DNA of 11,972 nt, taken from positions 1-11,972 of the forward strand of contig DASXQR010000153.1 in the NCBI GenBank assembly GCA_036507075.1, written 5' to 3'. Source of the DNA: Acidobacteriota bacterium (GTDB lineage: Bacteria > Acidobacteriota > UBA6911 > JACQSX01). The translations under genes were made by a program, and so were the position numbers. Shown piece after piece: positions 8,383 to 11,972 of the stretch. A model generated the notes under the pieces. The model made no database searches, was not told where the DNA came from, and saw only the letters and a list, made by a program, of their open reading frames with translations. Numbering within the stretch: position 1 is the stretch's first letter; every line of letters starts with the position of its first letter.

Positions 8383-8673
8383 ACGGAGCCGCGAAGTGTA
8401 AGCGAGCGGCACTCCAGACTGACGAGGCAGATCAGCAGCCGCTGAGGACCCAGCACAGTGCAACATCGCTGCAGAATTGCAAAACAGGGCGAGCTTCCCG
8501 GGTCGCTCGCTTGCGTGTTCGCCTTCGGATGCCTCGTAAGCGAGCGGCAGGGATGTGATCAGTTCGCGCCGGATTTGGAACTCTGCAGCGACATTGATTC
8601 GTGTCGGGCTATCAACACTACCGATCTGACTGGTCAGTCTGGAGTGCCGCTCGCTTACACTTCGCGGCTCCGT
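8383..8673. repeat. 291-bp quasi-palindromic REP-doublet/MITE-like element (copies B and C inverted)
   Basis: Perfect 41-bp inverted repeats at 8383-8423 and 8633-8673, degenerate pairing about 60 nt further inward, and a central hairpin 8502-8515/8535-8548 that reuses the GTAAGCGAGCGGC core. Confidence 0.9.
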
Positions 8674-8723
8674 CAAGACTGTGCGTGTGAAGCGTTTTTA
8701 GGGAGGACACAAAAACTCGCGCC

Positions 8724-9854
8724 ATGAGCCGCATTCTAATCGTTGAAGACGAAGCTGCTATCCTGACCGGCCTCAAAGCCAATCTGGAATTCGAGTCTCA
8801 CGAGGTAATCACCGCCGTTGACGGCGAGCAGGGTTACTCCCTGATTCGTGACGGTGAGCCGGACCTGGTCATCCTCGATCTCATGTTGCCGAAGCTGAGC
8901 GGGTTTGATCTTTGCCGCAGAGTCCGCGGCGAAGGTTTTAGCGGTCCTATCCTGATGCTCTCGGCGCGATCGACGGAGGGAGATCGCGTTTCCGGCCTCG
9001 ACTTCGGCGCGAACGATTATGTTACCAAGCCATTTTCACTGCGAGAGCTGCTGGCCCGAATCCGCGCTCTGCTGCGTTACGCTGAGGAGAGCCGGCATGA
9101 TCAGAAACGCATGGAGGCAGAAATCAAGACCGCTTTCGAAGTTCAACGACAGCTTTTGCCCGGGACTTGTCCCGTGATCCCCGGCTTTGACTATGCGGGG
9201 CAGTGCCGCCCGGCTCTGGGAGTGAGCGGCGACTATTATGACTTCATTCCGCTGCGTGAAGGCAGGTTGGGACTGCTAATGGCTGACGTTTCGGGCAAAG
9301 GTATGCCGGCGGCTCTGCTGGGCGCGTCAATCCATGCGGCGGTTCGAGCACATGCCCGGGAAGCAGGCCGGAACTGCGGCGAAGTACTGACGAAAGCAAA
9401 CTCGGTGCTGTTTGACACGTCGGCTCCGGAACGATTCGCAACCATTTTCTATGGCGTATATGATGCGCGATCCAGGACCCTGACCTATGCCAATGCGGGG
9501 CATTATCCCCCTCTTTTGATCCGGGCGGTTGGAAACGGCCGCTCTTGCGTTCGTCTGGATAGTATCACTCCGCCGGTGGGAATGCTTCCCACGCTTGCGG
9601 TAGCTCAACGCACCATCGAGATCTCGCCGGGAGACTGGCTGCTGATTGTGAGCGACGGAATTCCCGAAGCGTGCGACCAGGCAGGGGAGGAGTTCGGCCC
9701 GGATCGTCTGTCGCAGATCGTGAAGCAAGGACTCGACATTACCGCCGAGCAGCTCTGCCTCCGCGTGCTTGATGCCGTAAGAACCCATACGCGCGGAAAC
9801 CACCAGGCCGACGACCTCACCCTGATCGCAGCCCATGCATCGCCAGCGCGATAG
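8724..9854 (+). CDS. Response-regulator receiver fused to PP2C/SpoIIE (RsbU-like) serine phosphatase
   Basis: REC: ILIVEDE, DLMLP, GANDYVTKPF. Linker EIKTAFEVQRQLLP. PP2C motifs intact: SGDYYDF, ADVSGKGMPAAL, YANAGH, VSDGIPEA, DDLT. Confidence 0.93.
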   Translation: MSRILIVEDEAAILTGLKANLEFESHEVITAVDGEQGYSLIRDGEPDLVILDLMLPKLSGFDLCRRVRGEGFSGPILMLSARSTEGDRVSGLDFGANDYVTKPFSLRELLARIRALLRYAEESRHDQKRMEAEIKTAFEVQRQLLPGTCPVIPGFDYAGQCRPALGVSGDYYDFIPLREGRLGLLMADVSGKGMPAALLGASIHAAVRAHAREAGRNCGEVLTKANSVLFDTSAPERFATIFYGVYDARSRTLTYANAGHYPPLLIRAVGNGRSCVRLDSITPPVGMLPTLAVAQRTIEISPGDWLLIVSDGIPEACDQAGEEFGPDRLSQIVKQGLDITAEQLCLRVLDAVRTHTRGNHQADDLTLIAAHASPAR

Positions 9855-9946
9855 AGCTCAACTTTCCGAAGGCTTGTCACATCCGCCGTTGATCAGCCAC
9901 AGTATGCCAAACTGATCAACGACCATGCCAAAAAGATCGGCCCAAA

Positions 9947-10127
9947 AGGAGGGAAAACGCTGCCTCTCATCATAGAGAGGCGTAAATAGCCGGCACAGTT
10001 GAAGATTTACTTTCGATAGTGTTGTCTTGATTCTGATAGGAGGGAAAACGCTGCCTCTCACCATAGAGAGGCGTAAATAACCGGCACAGTTGAAGATTTA
10101 CTTTCGATAGTGTTGTCTTGATTCTGA
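9947..10127. repeat. Tandem duplication, two 90-nt copies with 91-nt period, each containing a GC-rich hairpin
   Basis: 9947-10036 versus 10038-10127 differ at only two positions (9970 T/10061 C and 9989 G/10080 A). Each has GCCTCTC-N6-GAGAGGC (9962-9981 and 10053-10072). Confidence 0.95.
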
Positions 10128-10368
10128 CGCTTCGAGCCAGATTCGAGGATGTGGTCGCGATTCTCTTCTTTACCCGATTGGTTGTCAACTGTCAGTCAGC
10201 TGGGCCTGCAGACCTCCAGCGGTTCCGGTTACCGGCGACGGGCTGACGGTTACTTGACCGACTACCGGGTAAAACGTACTGGCCGACCCGAGAATTCAAC
10301 AATAAGGGCTACTTGCGAAGCGCTGTGGTGAGAGGCATCATGACTGACTTCATGACTGACTGACTTAT

Positions 10369-11149
10369 GACGTCTTCGGCCGTTCCGTACAACTGCCTAC
10401 TACTTCCTTTTCTCACTATTCCCCTTGCTCATCGTCCTGATCTCAATTCTGGGCTACTTCACAAAGCCCGGCGCCGAGTCCCGTCACGATCTCCTGAAAT
10501 GGTTCAGCGCAGTAGCCCCTGGCTCCGCTTCCACTCTGGTAAATAAGACTCTGGACGAGATCAGCGCCGGCGCCGGGAAAGGAAAAATCTCGCTGGGACT
10601 GGCGGCCGCTTTATGGGCATCGTCCAGTGGAGTTGCCGCTTTGATGAAGGCATTCAATGCAGCCTTCGGCTTGAAAGAAACCAGGTTCTGGCTGAAGAGA
10701 CGCCTCGCTGCCGTGGCAATCACCGTTCTCTTTACGCTACTTATCTTCGCGGCGTTGCTGCTCATCCTCGCCGGAGATCAAATCTTGAATCGAATCTCCC
10801 ACCACTTCGGGATGCAGCATTTGATCAGTCAATCGTGGAGCCTTCTACAGTGGCCGCTGATGCTGGGATTTGTTCTAATCGCCTTCGATTTTCTGTATTG
10901 CTTCGCTCCAAACTTCCCGCAGGCCGTCTGGCGCTGGCTGACGCCAGGAGCATCCGTAGCCATTGCAATGTGGCTTCTGGCTTCGTTCGGCCATAGGGCT
11001 TTACCTGATGTTTCACGATCGTTATTCAGTTATCTACGGTTCCCATCGGCGGCGTTATCGTGCTCCTGTTGTGGTCTTACTCCACGGGCTTGGCAATCCT
11101 CATCGGGGCTGAGTTTAATGCTATCCGTTTCGACGGGAAGCGCTTTTAG
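10369..11149 (+). pseudogene. yihY: YihY/virulence factor BrkB-family membrane protein, frameshifted
   Basis: Joining frames gives DVFGRSVQL(A)YYFLFSLFPLLIVLI...ALWASSSGVAALMKAFNAAF...WRWLTPGASVAIAMWLLASFG / IGLYLMFHDRYSVIYGS / IGGVIVLLLWSYSTGLAILIGAEFNA, stop TAG at 11147-11149. Frameshifts near 10396 (-1), 10992 (+1) and 11044 (+1). No intact start. Confidence 0.85.
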
Positions 11150-11480
11150 TAATTTGACGATGAAAATTGAACCTTTTTTTATGCTCCTCAATTCTTGGGT
11201 ACAGGATAATCAATGATGATTTGATTGAATTTGGTCTTCTGCGTGGGCCTCGTCTCGCGATCACAATCTAAACAACTGATCTTGAGGCGCTGTGGCTCTA
11301 TCCACTCCACCGAGATTCTCGGCTGGCCGGCAACCTCGAAAACTTCACCCTCTTTTATTGTTCCGTCGAGCGAGGGGCGTAATTTATTGGGAAATCGTGT
11401 TATGTTGACGTGTACTCGAGGTCCGGTCAGACCAGTCGATAGCTCGGGAAATTATCTCATCGCCCCACGGTTTACCAAAC

Positions 11481-11873
11481 GTGGATACAGAACTCCGTGC
11501 TGCAGTCGCAGCCTTGACAGACGCGGACGGCGACTTCTGGACGTTCAAAGGTGCGACGGGAAGATGTCAGGCCCACGCGTACTATCAGTATCCCGCCATG
11601 ATGGTACCGTCAATGCAGCGCGCCTTATTGACCGCCGTCCTCGGTCTTCAACCAACTATACGTTCACTCATTGACCCATTCGCCGGATCTGGAACTGTCA
11701 TCGTCGAAGGGACGGCAGAAGGCCTGGACGTGACGGGGCATGATATTAACCCGCTGGCTGTTCTGTTATGTCGTGCTAAAACCGAGGTATCTTCAAATGC
11801 CACGCTTCGTCGTTTCGTCGCCGAGACCCTCTCTGCGCCTTCGGCTTGCCCGATAGGTTCGGTGATACTGTAA
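11481..11873 (+). pseudogene. N-terminal fragment of an N4-C/N6-A DNA methyltransferase
   Basis: HAYYQYPAMMVP, SAM-binding motif I LIDPFAGSGTV, and GHDINPLAVLLCRAKT. The ORF stops at 130 aa without a catalytic (S/D/N)PP(Y/F) motif. GTG start with no clear RBS. Confidence 0.75.
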
Positions 11874-11972
11874 AAGAATACGTCCTCCCAGGCGGCTCCC
11901 TTCTTGCGGACTCCTCTAACTTTCGTCTTGTGTTGCTTACGCAGTGACGTGACGGCGCCGGTCTGTGTCAGT

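Noticed and set aside
8383..8673. Autonomous IS element or Rho-independent terminator
   Set aside because: No transposase is encoded, the possible CAA duplication is asymmetric and unconvincing, and there is no adjacent U-tract.
8148..8727. Small ORFs sharing the peptide TEPRSVSERHSRLT or SGVPLAYTSRLR
   Set aside because: These are translations of the DNA repeat arms, not a protein family.
9947..10127. CRISPR mini-array
   Set aside because: The whole 90-nt unit is duplicated, so there are no unique spacers, and no cas genes are present.
9858..10331. Small ORFs 9858-10064 (-), 9970-10188 (-) and 10149-10331 (+)
   Set aside because: No motifs or clear RBS; the shared peptide simply reflects the tandem duplication.
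11154..11185. TTGACG...TATGCT sigma70-like promoter
   Set aside because: The 20-nt spacer is too long and such hexamers are expected by chance in this AT-rich patch.
11225..11674. 149-aa plus-strand ORF
   Set aside because: No recognisable features, and it overlaps the methyltransferase fragment out of frame.

Overview
GC-rich bacterial DNA whose gene families point to Acidobacteria (inference). Left: a minus-strand operon of an acidobacterial PadR-family regulator (2596-2949) and an ADOP-type duplicated FtsX/MacB permease (starts at 2591, runs off the left edge, absent from the ORF track). Divergent from it on the plus strand is a signalling cluster. It holds a membrane histidine kinase with a periplasmic TPR-like sensor, an OmpR-family response regulator, a secreted TPR plus PD40/TolB-like beta-propeller protein, and an OmpR-type receiver fused to a PP2C/SpoIIE (RsbU-like) phosphatase. 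Three hand-visible links suggest the cluster is one system. The kinase TPR matches the TPR of the secreted protein, a 16-bp direct-repeat motif lies upstream of both the kinase and propeller genes, and the two receiver domains are close paralogues (about 70/118 identical by hand). A ~100-bp REP/MITE-like repeat occurs three times; two copies form a 291-bp quasi-palindrome. After ~9860 the DNA looks more AT-rich and decayed: a 91-bp tandem duplication with a hairpin, a frameshifted YihY/BrkB pseudogene, and a truncated amino-DNA methyltransferase. All calls are by eye; no searches were run.
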